A stretch of DNA of 64,000 nt from an uncultured delta proteobacterium (GCA_963724765.1 CAVRVY010000004.1:544001-608000); one strand, 5' to 3'. Shown: positions 49,546-63,454, counted from the first letter of the stretch. Numbers and translations are program-made. Notes: a model not told the origin generated them from the sequence alone.

Positions 49546-50736
49546 TCAACCCTTGGGCAATCCTAACTGGCGCTCGCCGATGATGTTGCGCTGAATCTCG
49601 CTGGTCCCGCCCGCGATCGTGTACTGGCGCGAGCTGAGCACCCGGTTGAGCCATCGCGGCGCGTCAGGCACGTCGCCCATCGGCTCGCTAAGCAGCGCAT
49701 GCTGGCCCAGGAGTTCGCTGGCGAAGCGCGCGATCGCCACTCCCAGCTCCGAACCGGCGAGCTTCAACACCGAGCCCTCCGGTCCCGGCTGCAAACCCTT
49801 GAGCCGGCGCGTGAGCGAGCGCAGCCGCGTGTACTTGAGCGCCTCGCATTCGGTCATGAATTCGGCCAGGCGCTGGCGCACCCATTCCTGCTCCCATGCC
49901 GGGCGGCCGTCGATCCTGACCGCATGTGCCAGTTCCGCGAGCCGGCGCACCTGGGCGGAATGCCCTCCGCCACTGGCCATCCCGCGCTCGAAGCCGAGCG
50001 TGGTCATCGCGACTTTCCATCCTTCATTCTGCGGCCCGACGAGGTTTTTCTTCGGCACCTGGACGTTGTCGAAGAAGACCTCGTTGAAGTGGCGATGGCC
50101 GTTCATCAGGACCAGCGGCCGCACCTCGATACCGGGACTTTTCATTTCGACCAGCAGGTAGCTGATGCCCTTGTGCTTGGGGGCTTCGGGATCGGTGCGC
50201 GTCAGCATGTAGATGCGGTCGGCGTACTGCGCGCCCGAGGTCCATACCTTCTGCCCGTTGACGAGGAAGTAATCGCCGTGGTCGTCCGCGCGGGTCTGCA
50301 ATCCGGCGAGGTCGGAGCCAGCGCCCGGCTCGGAGTAGCCCTGGCACCAGATGTCCTCGCCGCTCAAGATGCGCGGAATGTAGTATTTTTTCTGTTCGTC
50401 GCTGCCCCAGTACATCATCGTCGGCCCGAGCAACTGGAGGCCCGAATAGCCCGGCAGCACAGGCGCGCGCGCCCGCGAGTATTCCTCGTCGAAGATGATC
50501 TGCTCCATCAACGGCGCGGCGCGTCCGCCGTATTCCTTGGGCCACGCCAGGCCCGCGTAGCCCGCGGCGTTGACCTTTGCCTGCCACAGGCGGCGCTTCT
50601 CGAAAACTTCGCGGGTGGCCGCGATCCGCTCGTCCATCGCGTCGTCGACGCACAGTTCGCGCGGCAGGTTGGCGCGCAGCCACTCGCGGACCTCCTTGCG
50701 AAAGGCCTCCTGCTCGAGCGTGTATTCGAAATCCAT
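49546..50736 (-). CDS. Acyl-CoA dehydrogenase family protein
   Basis: WCQGYSEPGAGSDLA, NGQKVWTS, GGTSEIQRNII motifs. Confidence 0.93.
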   Translation of the reverse strand: MDFEYTLEQEAFRKEVREWLRANLPRELCVDDAMDERIAATREVFEKRRLWQAKVNAAGYAGLAWPKEYGGRAAPLMEQIIFDEEYSRARAPVLPGYSGLQLLGPTMMYWGSDEQKKYYIPRILSGEDIWCQGYSEPGAGSDLAGLQTRADDHGDYFLVNGQKVWTSGAQYADRIYMLTRTDPEAPKHKGISYLLVEMKSPGIEVRPLVLMNGHRHFNEVFFDNVQVPKKNLVGPQNEGWKVAMTTLGFERGMASGGGHSAQVRRLAELAHAVRIDGRPAWEQEWVRQRLAEFMTECEALKYTRLRSLTRRLKGLQPGPEGSVLKLAGSELGVAIARFASELLGQHALLSEPMGDVPDAPRWLNRVLSSRQYTIAGGTSEIQRNIIGERQLGLPKG

Positions 50737-50774
50737 TTAGATGCCTTTGTTAGATCGCCTCGGCTATCGTGGCG

Positions 50775-51893
50775 TCAGTTGAGATTGAAAGCGCGCACCG
50801 CGTTGTCCCACAGGATCTTGCGCCTGCTTTGCTGTCCGATCGGCTGGCGCATCATCGCGTCGATCCCCCACGGAAAAGTGCCGTCGGGATGCGGGTAGTC
50901 CGTGTCCCACAGAAAGTTGTCGTCGCCGACCAGTTCGACCGCCGCCTTCATCGTCGGCTCGTCGCCGCGGAACGCAACCCAGAAGTTGCGCTTGAAGTAC
51001 TCGGTCGGCGGTTTGGTCAGGTACTCGTGCTCGGAATTGCCGCCGTAGTTCCAGTGCTGCTCCATCCGCTGGAGCCAGTACGGCACCCATCCGCCGTCGG
51101 CCTCGACGTGGACCACCTTGAGCTTCGGCAGCTTCTCCAGCACGCCGTACCAGATGAGTCCGGTCATCGCCGCCATCGCCTCGAACGGATGGGACAGGAT
51201 ATGGCCGCTGACGTGGGTGTTCATCCGGTCGCCGAACGACGGTACCGAGGACGAGGCCGAATCGTGAGTCGAAATCGGCAGGCCGAGCCTTTCGACCTCG
51301 GCCCACAGCGGCAGGTAATAGTCGTCGAAAATCGAAGAGCCGTCGACCGGGTTGGGCCGCACGTAGAAACTCACCGCGCCCAGTTTGGCCGCGCGGTTCG
51401 CCTCGGCGACGGCCTTGTCGACATCCTGCATCGGCAGGATCGCGGCGGGGTGCAGGCGTTGAGCATCGGCCGAGCAGTACTCGATCGCCCAGTTGTTGTA
51501 GGCGCGGCAACAGGCGGCGAGAAGTTCGGCGTCATTGAAGCGGCGCCCGAGCATCTGGCCGGCGAAGGTCGGATAAAGAATCTGCACGTCGACGCCCTGC
51601 TCGTCCATGTCCTGCAGGCGGCTCTGCGGGCTGAAGCCCGTGGCGCTCGCACGCTTGAAACGCTCCATCGCCTTGGCCACGGTCTTGAAAAACGCCGGCG
51701 CGGCCATCGGGTACTTGCCCTTCTCGCGGGTGAACGGCTCGCCCTCGACCAGGAAAGTGCGCCGGCCCGACGCGGGCGCAATACCCATCCTGGGCGCCGC
51801 GCTCTTGTAGCGATCCTCGATATGTCTCTCCCACAGCCACTCGGGCTCCATCATGTGGCTGTCGACGTCGACGATTTTATAGCCGTCCTTCAT
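50775..51893 (-). CDS. Amidohydrolase_2 family protein
   Basis: DVDSH, AYNNW, DYPHPD motifs. Confidence 0.9.
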   Translation of the reverse strand: MKDGYKIVDVDSHMMEPEWLWERHIEDRYKSAAPRMGIAPASGRRTFLVEGEPFTREKGKYPMAAPAFFKTVAKAMERFKRASATGFSPQSRLQDMDEQGVDVQILYPTFAGQMLGRRFNDAELLAACCRAYNNWAIEYCSADAQRLHPAAILPMQDVDKAVAEANRAAKLGAVSFYVRPNPVDGSSIFDDYYLPLWAEVERLGLPISTHDSASSSVPSFGDRMNTHVSGHILSHPFEAMAAMTGLIWYGVLEKLPKLKVVHVEADGGWVPYWLQRMEQHWNYGGNSEHEYLTKPPTEYFKRNFWVAFRGDEPTMKAAVELVGDDNFLWDTDYPHPDGTFPWGIDAMMRQPIGQQSRRKILWDNAVRAFNLN

Positions 51894-51969
51894 CGCTCGT
51901 TACCTCTCGATTCTCAAGTATAACTTTAAGCTGCGCGTGCAATCGCTCCCAGAGCCGCGCGCGGCGGTC

Positions 51970-52989
51970 TCAAGCTTGCGGCACGATCAGCGCCTTGAGT
52001 CCCTGACGCGCCTTCAACAGCTCGAACGCCTCCAGGCCGTGATCCAGATCATAGCGATGTGTGACCATCGGTTTAAGATCGATCGCACCGCTGGCCACCG
52101 TCGCGATTGCGCGCCGCCAGGTCTCCGGCGTACGCACGCGTGAGGGAATGATGCTGACGCCATGGAAGAACAGCGAGCGCAACTCCGTCCCGGCGACGTC
52201 GCGCGCTGGCCATCCCAGTTCGATCAGCGCGCCGCCCTTGCGCACAATATGGCGCGCCGAGTCGAGCGCCCCGGCGGCGTCGAAGACCACGTCGGCACCG
52301 CCCGGCGGCATCAGGCCGCGCACCTGCTCGAGCCAGTCGCGATCGCTCGCGCACACCGTCTTGAAGCCCATCCGGCGCGCGATTTCCAGGCGCTCGGCGT
52401 CGACTTTTAACCCGCTGATGACGATCGAGGTGACGCCGAGCGCGCGCGCCGAAAGCGCCGCGCTGAGCCCGATCGGTCCCGGCCCCTCGACCACTGCGCT
52501 GTCACCGGCGTGGAGTCCCGAAATTTCCACCGCATGCACGCCGGTGGCGAATGGCTCGAGCATCGCGGCGCTCTCCATGTCCATCGATTTCGGCACCAGC
52601 CATGAATTGGTGACCGGCGCGATGCAGAACTCGGCGAAAGCGCCGCTAAGCCGCGTCGGCGCGTCGCAATAATTGAAGCGCCCGGCGGTGCACGGACCGC
52701 ATCGCCCGCACTGGCCAAACGGATCAAGCGCGACGTGATCGCCCGCCTTGAAGCCGCTCACCCGCGCGCCGACCTCGACCACTTCGCCGGCCGGCTCATG
52801 GCCGAGCACCGTGGGCAGGCTCGCAACGGCGCGTTCGGCGCCGAGTTCCCATTCATAGATGTGGAGGTCGGAGCCGCAGATGCCGCAGGCCGCGACCTTG
52901 ACCAGCAATTCGCCCTCGCCCGGACGGGGCACGGGAGTATCGATAAGTTCAGCGCCGGGCGCGGGCCGGGTCTTGGCAATCGCTTTCAT
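51970..52989 (-). CDS. Zinc-dependent alcohol dehydrogenase (MDR, Tdh-like)
   Basis: CGICGSD, GHE, CGRCGPC..C, GPGPIG motifs. Confidence 0.9.
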   Translation of the reverse strand: MKAIAKTRPAPGAELIDTPVPRPGEGELLVKVAACGICGSDLHIYEWELGAERAVASLPTVLGHEPAGEVVEVGARVSGFKAGDHVALDPFGQCGRCGPCTAGRFNYCDAPTRLSGAFAEFCIAPVTNSWLVPKSMDMESAAMLEPFATGVHAVEISGLHAGDSAVVEGPGPIGLSAALSARALGVTSIVISGLKVDAERLEIARRMGFKTVCASDRDWLEQVRGLMPPGGADVVFDAAGALDSARHIVRKGGALIELGWPARDVAGTELRSLFFHGVSIIPSRVRTPETWRRAIATVASGAIDLKPMVTHRYDLDHGLEAFELLKARQGLKALIVPQA

Positions 52990-53125
52990 CAGTTCACCTC
53001 TTAGCCATCATTTAATACGACCCGGTGCCCGCCGCCGTCAAAGGCGCGCCGGAAGCGAGATGTCCTCGCGCGGGCTCCGCTGATTCCACGATGCCGATGC
53101 AAAGTGGCTCTGGGCCCTGCGTGGC

Positions 53126-54442
53126 TCAGGTCCAATGACGCATCGGCACGCCCCGGTAGCGCATGCGCGGGCGGATGAGCCGGTTATCGGCGTATTGCTC
53201 GAGGCTGTGCGCGATCCATCCGGCGGCGCGGCCGACGGCGAAGATCGCAGCCGGCAGCCCGCGCGCGAACCCCAGCATCCGCGCGCACACGGTGAGATAG
53301 AAATCCAGATTGGGACGCAGGCGCTCGCGCCGCCACACCGTCTCCTCGACGCGCAGCGCGGTCTCGAACAGGCGACGGCCGCGATGGCGCGCAATCTCCG
53401 CGGCTTCCTTCTTGAGCAGCACCGCGCGCGGATCGCCGGCCGGATAGATCGCATGGCCGAAACCAGGGGGAAGGCGCCACTTGACGCTGAACGCGGCGAG
53501 GCACTCCTCCAGGCGCATCCCGGCGTCGAGTTGCGCGAACATCTGCTCGATACGATCGCACGCGCCGCCGTGAATCGGACCCGAGAGCGAACAGAGCGCG
53601 GCCAGCACCGAGGCGTAGAGGTCGGCGCCGGTGGAGGCAACGACGCGCGCCGCAAAGGTCGAGGCATTAAGCTCGTGCTCGGCGCACGCGACCAGGATGC
53701 GATCGAGCGTGGCGATCTCCCACTCGGCGGCCGCCGCGTGCAGACCGACGCTCGCCAGGCGCGCCGCCATTCCCGCGCCGCCGCTGGCAAAACTCACGCG
53801 TCCGCGCGCCAGCGCGAGCGGCAACACGCCCATGATTCGCGTGCCCTGCTCGACCGTGGGATGCGTGCCGCGATGGCGCTCGAGCGACGCCAGCGCCGGC
53901 ATCGCGACCTCCAGCCTGAGCAATGGCGAAGCGTCGTCGCCCACCGCGCGCAGCGCCGCCACGACCTTCTCCGGCACCTCGGTTCGCGCGATCACCTGGC
54001 GCAGCGCCGCGATAGCGCCCGCCTGCGGCCGCTCGCCGGTCCAGAGCAGCAGGCAAACTTCTTCGAAGGAGGCCCGCGCGATCAACTCCTCAACCGGATA
54101 GCCGCGATAGGCGAGCCGCCCTTCGATAATCGAACTTACCGCCGACTCGGCGACGATTACGCCGTAGCCCGAGCCGTCGCTGGAGGGCGGCTGCGCGATG
54201 GTCACCCATGACGAAGCGTCGGGCAGGCTGCGGCCGCGGCGTCCGCCTTCGGCGGTGGCAAGATCGCGCAGCGCGTCGATATCGTCACGGCGGTAAAGCG
54301 CCTGACGCCCGATACGCCGGCGATAGCTGCGGAGCCATCCGCGGCTGACATAGGCGTAGAGCGTGCCGAGCTTGACGCCGAGCTGCGCGGCGGCTTCGTC
54401 CGCGGTGATCATGCGGGGACGTTCGGCTTCGCGCGTCGCCAT
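53126..54442 (-). CDS. HTH_17-fused citrate synthase family protein
   Basis: AAAQLGVKLGTLYAYVSRG HTH; HELNAST, HGGA, GFGH, DPR, NLDF motifs. Confidence 0.88.
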   Translation of the reverse strand: MATREAERPRMITADEAAAQLGVKLGTLYAYVSRGWLRSYRRRIGRQALYRRDDIDALRDLATAEGGRRGRSLPDASSWVTIAQPPSSDGSGYGVIVAESAVSSIIEGRLAYRGYPVEELIARASFEEVCLLLWTGERPQAGAIAALRQVIARTEVPEKVVAALRAVGDDASPLLRLEVAMPALASLERHRGTHPTVEQGTRIMGVLPLALARGRVSFASGGAGMAARLASVGLHAAAAEWEIATLDRILVACAEHELNASTFAARVVASTGADLYASVLAALCSLSGPIHGGACDRIEQMFAQLDAGMRLEECLAAFSVKWRLPPGFGHAIYPAGDPRAVLLKKEAAEIARHRGRRLFETALRVEETVWRRERLRPNLDFYLTVCARMLGFARGLPAAIFAVGRAAGWIAHSLEQYADNRLIRPRMRYRGVPMRHWT

Positions 54443-54514
54443 CGCGGCTATCACGCCATCGCAGCCGGCCGCACGTCAAGCCGCCGCGTGACGAGTATCT
54501 TTATCCAGCATGCG

Positions 54515-55270
54515 TCACTTCTTGCCCAGGTTCGCGAGCTGGCCGGCGAGCAAACGGCGCGTCTCTTCCGATCGGGTGACCTCGGCGACCTCGAGCAGAT
54601 CGCCGCGCCGCTGCGCCATCACGCGCGCAAGCGCTTCGCGCTGGATCGCGCGCTTGGTATGCGCATACGCGAGCTGGCCGTGCAGGGCGAGCCGCCGCGC
54701 CAGCGCGACGCACCGCTCCTCGAGGCGATCCGGCGCAACAACCTCGTCGACGATTCCCAACTCCAGCGCTCGCGGCGCCTCGAAGAATTCAGCGCCCAGG
54801 GCCGCATCGCGCAGCGCGCGCGGCGTCAGCGCCATCCGGGCTATCTCGAATGCCCCCTGCGGAAAGACAAGCCCGATCGAGACTTCGTTGAGCCCGAACT
54901 TGTGCCGCCCCTCGCACGTGATGCGAAAGTCGCATGCCAGGGCGATAATCGTGCCGCCTGCGATCGCGTGTCCGTTGACCATCGCGACCGTCGGCTTCGG
55001 CAGCGTCCACAGCGCAAATACGCCATCCTCCGGACCGCCGCCGAGATTGCCGACCATCTCGCCGCTCTCGCCTGCCCGCAGATCGACTCCGCCGCTGAAG
55101 AACCTGCCGTTGCCGGCGACGATCACGGCGCGCACGGCGGCGTCGGCCCGCGCGGCATCACACTGCTCCGCGAGCGCCCGGTTGAACTCGCGATTGATCG
55201 CATTGGCGGGCGGCCGGTTCAGAGCAAGCATCCGCACGCCGTCACCGATGTCTTTGGCCTCGACCAGCAT
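54515..55270 (-). CDS. Enoyl-CoA hydratase/isomerase family
   Basis: FSGGVDL, NGHAIAGG, LACDFR, GLNEV motifs. Confidence 0.9.
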   Translation of the reverse strand: MLVEAKDIGDGVRMLALNRPPANAINREFNRALAEQCDAARADAAVRAVIVAGNGRFFSGGVDLRAGESGEMVGNLGGGPEDGVFALWTLPKPTVAMVNGHAIAGGTIIALACDFRITCEGRHKFGLNEVSIGLVFPQGAFEIARMALTPRALRDAALGAEFFEAPRALELGIVDEVVAPDRLEERCVALARRLALHGQLAYAHTKRAIQREALARVMAQRRGDLLEVAEVTRSEETRRLLAGQLANLGKK

Positions 55271-55320
55271 CTTAGTCGCTCCTTGATTTGTCTATTCCAG
55301 AACCCGCGCGTGCCGTAAAG

Positions 55321-56100
55321 CTACACGCGGCGCAGCACGCCGAGCCAGCGTCCGTAGCATTTTTCGATCGGCTTCGTGAACGAAAGGTCGGCGTAGCACG
55401 CCACCATCGTGAAGTATCCGCAAGCGCGCGCGGCAAGCTCGAGCAGGCTCGGCAGCGTGTAGCGCACCGGCACGACGTCGCGCGTGACCACCGGGCCGGC
55501 GGGAAAATGGATCGTGCATTCAAGCTCGTAGATCGAGTGCATCCCCGATGACCATGCGATTGGACGATGGTACTCGCGCACGTCCACCCGCGTGCCGCCG
55601 GCGATGACTTTTCGGCGGCGCCAGAGCTTGCGCGCGGCGACTACCTCGACGCCGTCGTGACGGTCGATATCGACGCAGTAGAGTCCGCCGCGTCCGAGCA
55701 ATCGCCCGACCGAGGCCAGATGGGAAAGCAGCGCGCGGTTGTCGGTCATGATCGGAAAGGTCTCGGACATGAAGAAGGCGGCGTCGAACGGACGCTCCGG
55801 AAGGCGGAAGCGCTCGATCGAGCGGCGGTAAAAGCGAATCGGCGCGTCGCCCGCCGCTTTGCGTCCGGCCGCGATCATCGTCGGCGAGCGATCGATACCG
55901 GCGACCGCAATTCCCGCGCGCGCCAGCCCGAGTCCGTGCGGCGAGTCGCCGCAGGCGACGTCGAGCACGCGGCGCACCGGGCGTTTCAGATGGCGGCGCC
56001 AGACCTTACGCATGAAGTCGACCTCGGCGCCGATCTCGGCGGGCTTCTCCATGTGCACGCGGCGGAAAATCGCTGGGTATTCGTAGATGCTCGGCTCCAT
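55321..56100 (-). CDS. Class I SAM-dependent methyltransferase
   Basis: VLDVACG, GIDRSPTM, FDAA motifs. Confidence 0.8.
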   Translation of the reverse strand: MEPSIYEYPAIFRRVHMEKPAEIGAEVDFMRKVWRRHLKRPVRRVLDVACGDSPHGLGLARAGIAVAGIDRSPTMIAAGRKAAGDAPIRFYRRSIERFRLPERPFDAAFFMSETFPIMTDNRALLSHLASVGRLLGRGGLYCVDIDRHDGVEVVAARKLWRRRKVIAGGTRVDVREYHRPIAWSSGMHSIYELECTIHFPAGPVVTRDVVPVRYTLPSLLELAARACGYFTMVACYADLSFTKPIEKCYGRWLGVLRRV

Positions 56101-56312
56101 CGCGATCGCAGCTTAGCCGTGGCGCCGCGCGATCACCAAGCCATTCGATCAGATCGACGAGGCACACGCTCGGGCTCCGATTCGCGCTATATTTGGAGCG
56201 CGACGCGCACTTGTGAATGCGCGTCGGTCACACGATAATGCGCCCGCGCGCCGCTGCGGAGGCCTCACGCGCGCTACGCGGCGAAGAAAATCACACTGGG
56301 AGTGGCAATCCG

Positions 56313-57521
56313 ATGAGCAAGCCGCTTGAAGGCATCAAGGTGATCGAGGTCGGCCAGGAAATCCAGGGACCGTTCGCGGGACTGGTGCTCGCCGACATGG
56401 GCGCCAGCGTTATCAAGATCGAGAACCGCGAGACCGGGGACTTGAGCCGCTGGCTGACGTGCGGGTTGATCGGCGGACCCGAGGCCAAAAACCAGGACGT
56501 CTCCTTCTACTTCACCGCGATGAACCGCGGCAAACGCAGCATCACGCTCGACCTCAAGAAGGCCGGCGGCGTCGCGCTCATCCATCGGTTGGCCAAATCC
56601 TGCGACGTGCTGCTCACCAACTATCGGCCCGGCGTGCTCGACCGGCTCGGGCTCGGGTTCGACGACCTGCTCAAGGACAACCCTAAAATCGTTTATGCGC
56701 AGGCGAGTTCGTGGGGGCCGAAAGGACCGTGGGTCAAGCGCCCGAGCCGCGACACGCTGGCGCAGGCGGCGAGCGGCCTGATGGCGAAAACCGGGATGCC
56801 CGAGGATCCGCCGCTGGCGGCGGGAATCGCGGTCGCCGACCACTCGGGAGCGCTCAGCCTGGCGGCGGGCGTGCTCGGCGCGCTGTTCGCGCGCGAGCGC
56901 ACCGGCAAGGGTCAGCGGGTCGACGCTTCAATCTTCGGCACGCTCATCGCGATGCAGGGGTTCGAGTTGAACTTCGTCTCGATGAGCGGCCGGGACACGC
57001 TGCGCGCGGGCCGCGGCCATCAATTTTTGCACGGCGTCTGGGGCGCGTACCGGACCAGCGACGGATGGCTCTGCATCGCGGGTGTCGACGACAAGCGATG
57101 GCCTGATTTCTGCCGCGTGATGGGTATTCAACATCTCCAGGACGATCCGCAATTCGATAACCCGACGCGCAACTTCCACGGCTGGAAGATGATCGAAGTG
57201 CTCGACGCGATCTTCCCGCAAAGAACCACCCGGCAATGGCTCGACGAATTGACCGCCGTCGACATCCTGGTCACCGAGGTCGCCGACTACCGGATGCTGC
57301 TCAACAACGAGCAGGCGCGCGTCAATGGCTACCTTCAGGAACTCGACCATCCGACCGCCGGGCGCGTGCTGGTCTCGGGGACTCCGATTAGCTACAACGG
57401 CGAAGTGCGGACCCAGTCGCCACCGGCGCCCGAGTGGGGACAGCATACGGAGGAGGTGCTGCTCGAGTTCGGCTACTCGTGGGAGGAGATAGCCGCGCTG
57501 CGTGACGAGGGAGCAATCTGA
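56313..57521 (+). CDS. CaiB/BaiF family III CoA-transferase
   Basis: PLEGIKVI, NRGKRSITLDL, NYRPG, GQHTEEVL motifs. Confidence 0.92.
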   Translation: MSKPLEGIKVIEVGQEIQGPFAGLVLADMGASVIKIENRETGDLSRWLTCGLIGGPEAKNQDVSFYFTAMNRGKRSITLDLKKAGGVALIHRLAKSCDVLLTNYRPGVLDRLGLGFDDLLKDNPKIVYAQASSWGPKGPWVKRPSRDTLAQAASGLMAKTGMPEDPPLAAGIAVADHSGALSLAAGVLGALFARERTGKGQRVDASIFGTLIAMQGFELNFVSMSGRDTLRAGRGHQFLHGVWGAYRTSDGWLCIAGVDDKRWPDFCRVMGIQHLQDDPQFDNPTRNFHGWKMIEVLDAIFPQRTTRQWLDELTAVDILVTEVADYRMLLNNEQARVNGYLQELDHPTAGRVLVSGTPISYNGEVRTQSPPAPEWGQHTEEVLLEFGYSWEEIAALRDEGAI

Positions 57522-57659
57522 TCGAGACAGCGGCCGCGCGTTCGCGGCATTGGACAGCCGCCGAGCGCCGGGCCTAGAATCGCCATGCGGCCGTGGCCAG
57601 AGCGCAATCGGAATCGCGATACGCGGCACGCCACAATTCGCAAACGGAGGAAATATCCA

Positions 57660-61020
<3,361 letters not shown>

Positions 61021-61090
61021 TCTTATACAGCCGTACGCGTCTGGCAGCCTAGGACTTCGGTGATGCGTGAGCGCCCCGAGACTGGAGTAG

Positions 61091-61693
61091 CTAATGACGC
61101 GCCTGGCATTCGACCCCCGGGTTATACCCTCGAATGAGCGTGTCCGTGACCTCCCGGATATGTCTCGAGTTACTAATGTACTCCGCCAGAATGTCACTGC
61201 GTACGTCGGGCTGTGCTTTGCCGACCACCGGCAAACGCTCGGCCAGATAATCGTCAGAGAAATCGCTGAGTGAAACCAGGCTTACCGGCCACGCGTTGAG
61301 TTGTTGGGGACCGGTCAGGCCCAGGGTGAGGATGGTCTTGTATTCGAGCGCCTGAAGGCTGGGGCCTTGATTCATACGTCCGACGAACAACCACTTCTGG
61401 GTAAAAGCCGGAACCAGAAATGGCGGATCGGCACTGTGAAACATGCATTGCTCCTGAATCAGGGACTTTTCAACGTTGTTGCTATCGGCCAAAAGAGCGG
61501 ATGGGCTGACAAATACGAACTTGGTCGAGCGTCCGACAAAATTCAGCATTGAAGGACCCGGTGAAGCTGTGGTTACCGCGGTCTCGGCCGTACTGGAGCT
61601 GGAGCCTGAGCCTCCCGCCAGTGAACCAAATGCCGCACAACCGGAAAAAATTGCGGCCGCAAGTAAAAGTTCAACTATCGTTATCTTGCGCAT
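61091..61693 (-). CDS. Orphan putative lipoprotein
   Basis: MRK plus hydrophobic core and FSGC lipobox; Ser/Thr linker; lower GC. Confidence 0.6.
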   Translation of the reverse strand: MRKITIVELLLAAAIFSGCAAFGSLAGGSGSSSSTAETAVTTASPGPSMLNFVGRSTKFVFVSPSALLADSNNVEKSLIQEQCMFHSADPPFLVPAFTQKWLFVGRMNQGPSLQALEYKTILTLGLTGPQQLNAWPVSLVSLSDFSDDYLAERLPVVGKAQPDVRSDILAEYISNSRHIREVTDTLIRGYNPGVECQARH

Positions 61694-61899
61694 TTTAAAT
61701 CACCAAACGACTTTGATGTCCTGTAACTGAGGGAGAAGCTCAGGCTCTATGATTCTGTAGGAGCAAAATGTGTACCGATATCGCCGGTTTGATCCGCTAT
61801 CCAGCTTCCTTGCAACGAAGGGAAACCCAACTGTCCGTGTGTGGGCCGGGATGATGTTGGGCGCGTCGCCGCCATGGGTGACGATGGGTGGATGCGCCT

Positions 61900-62115
61900 C
61901 GGCAGTACATGGTGCGGGCGCGAACTTTTGATCAACTCCACAAGATCCGCTCGCGGGTACAGAAATGTTTCGAGGCGAAAGAGATCGCGACCGGCGCCCA
62001 AACTCGAGATCGAAGGCGGCGACAAACCGTATGCTGAACTGATCAGCGATGTCGAACTAGCGGCGCTCTACGAGAGCAATGGCGAGATGCTCTGCCGCGA
62101 CTTTGTCGTTCCGGG
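61900..62115 (+). pseudogene. Internal fragment of an M20 family amidohydrolase
   Basis: YMVRARTFDQLHKIRSRVQKCFEAKEIATGA / frameshift / KLEIEGGDKPYAELISDVELAALYESN. Confidence 0.55.
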
Positions 62116-62289
62116 CGCTCAGACCATCAGCCCGAATTCACCGCGAACCTGCATCAACGCAGGCCGCCGGACCAAGCTATCTTCGACGGCTGAGTCACGA
62201 TGGCCCGGGCGGCGATCGACGCGGCGTCAGACCCTAAGCTGGCGCGCGCCTGATGAGCGCTTAGAGCCGTAGTAAGAATTGAGCAATTC

Positions 62290-63345
62290 TCACGGCCGCG
62301 CTTCCAGCACCAGGTTGAACGGAGTGGCGGTGGCGCGCCGGACATGCGAGAAACCCCCGCTCAATATCACTTCTCGTAGTCTGGCTTCACCGGCCTGAGT
62401 GCCGAGAGCCAGGCCGACTTCCTGCGATAATGATGCGGGCACGCAAATCTGCGTCGAGGCCGAATAAAATATGCGGCCGATCGGATTGAGATTTTCCGTC
62501 ATTCGATCGCTTGCGAAAGGCTCGACAATCATCCAGGTGCCGCCCGCTTTCAAAGCCGACTTGACATGCGCAGCCGCTCCGACAGGGTCGCCCATGTCAT
62601 GCAGACAGTCGAAGAATGCAACCAGATCGAAGGTGCCGGTAAATTCCTTCGCCGACGCCCGCTGGAAGGTGATCCGGTCAGCGACGCCGTGCGCGCGCGC
62701 TAGCTCGCGCGCGCGCACGAGCGATGGTTCGTGATAGTCGAAGCCTGAGAATTCCGATTTCGGAAACGCCTTGGCCAGCAAAATGGTTGACGCCCCATGA
62801 CCGCATCCGACATCTGCGACGCGCGCGCCACGTTCGAGCTTTTCCTTCACGCCGTCCAATGCCGGGATCCATTCCGAGACTAAATGGATCGCGTAGCCGG
62901 GGCGGAAAAAACGCTCTGTACCACGAAACAGGCAGGGATCATGCTCATGCCATCCAACACCTGCGCCGGTGCGGAACGCGGCCTCGACCTTGGGTAAATC
63001 GCGCGCGGCCGCGGCGGCAATTTCGAACATCGCGGGAAAAAACGCAGGGCCATTCTCGTCGGCTAGGATCAGCGCCTGCTCAGGTGAAATCGAAAATCGC
63101 TCCGTCGCAGAGTCAAAATTGATATAGCCGGCCGCCGCCTGCGCGGCTGCCCACTCGTGCACGTAGCGCGCCGCCGTGCCGGTCCGCGAGGCGAGCTCCG
63201 CCGAGGTCAATGGCCCGGCGGCTGCCAGGGTCTTGTACAATCCAAACTTGTCGCCCAGGAGGACCAGGCCGATGCCCATCGCGGCACCTACCTCACCAAG
63301 CATCTTGCCGAGCAGTTGCTGAAGCTTTGCTTCGTCGACTGCCAT
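62290..63345 (-). CDS. Class I SAM-dependent methyltransferase with N-terminal wHTH (Rv2258c-like)
   Basis: GDKFGLY, VADVGCGHG, FDCLHDMGDP, TPFNLVLEARP motifs. Confidence 0.88.
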   Translation of the reverse strand: MAVDEAKLQQLLGKMLGEVGAAMGIGLVLLGDKFGLYKTLAAAGPLTSAELASRTGTAARYVHEWAAAQAAAGYINFDSATERFSISPEQALILADENGPAFFPAMFEIAAAAARDLPKVEAAFRTGAGVGWHEHDPCLFRGTERFFRPGYAIHLVSEWIPALDGVKEKLERGARVADVGCGHGASTILLAKAFPKSEFSGFDYHEPSLVRARELARAHGVADRITFQRASAKEFTGTFDLVAFFDCLHDMGDPVGAAAHVKSALKAGGTWMIVEPFASDRMTENLNPIGRIFYSASTQICVPASLSQEVGLALGTQAGEARLREVILSGGFSHVRRATATPFNLVLEARP

Positions 63346-63454
63346 CGCATGCCTCCTTCAGCGCTTTTTTGTGAGTCGAATTCCTCTTTTGATTCTTCGC
63401 TAAATTATGCGGCGCGAGCGAAGAGCGCCAGCGGCGCCGCGAAAGCGCCACGCC

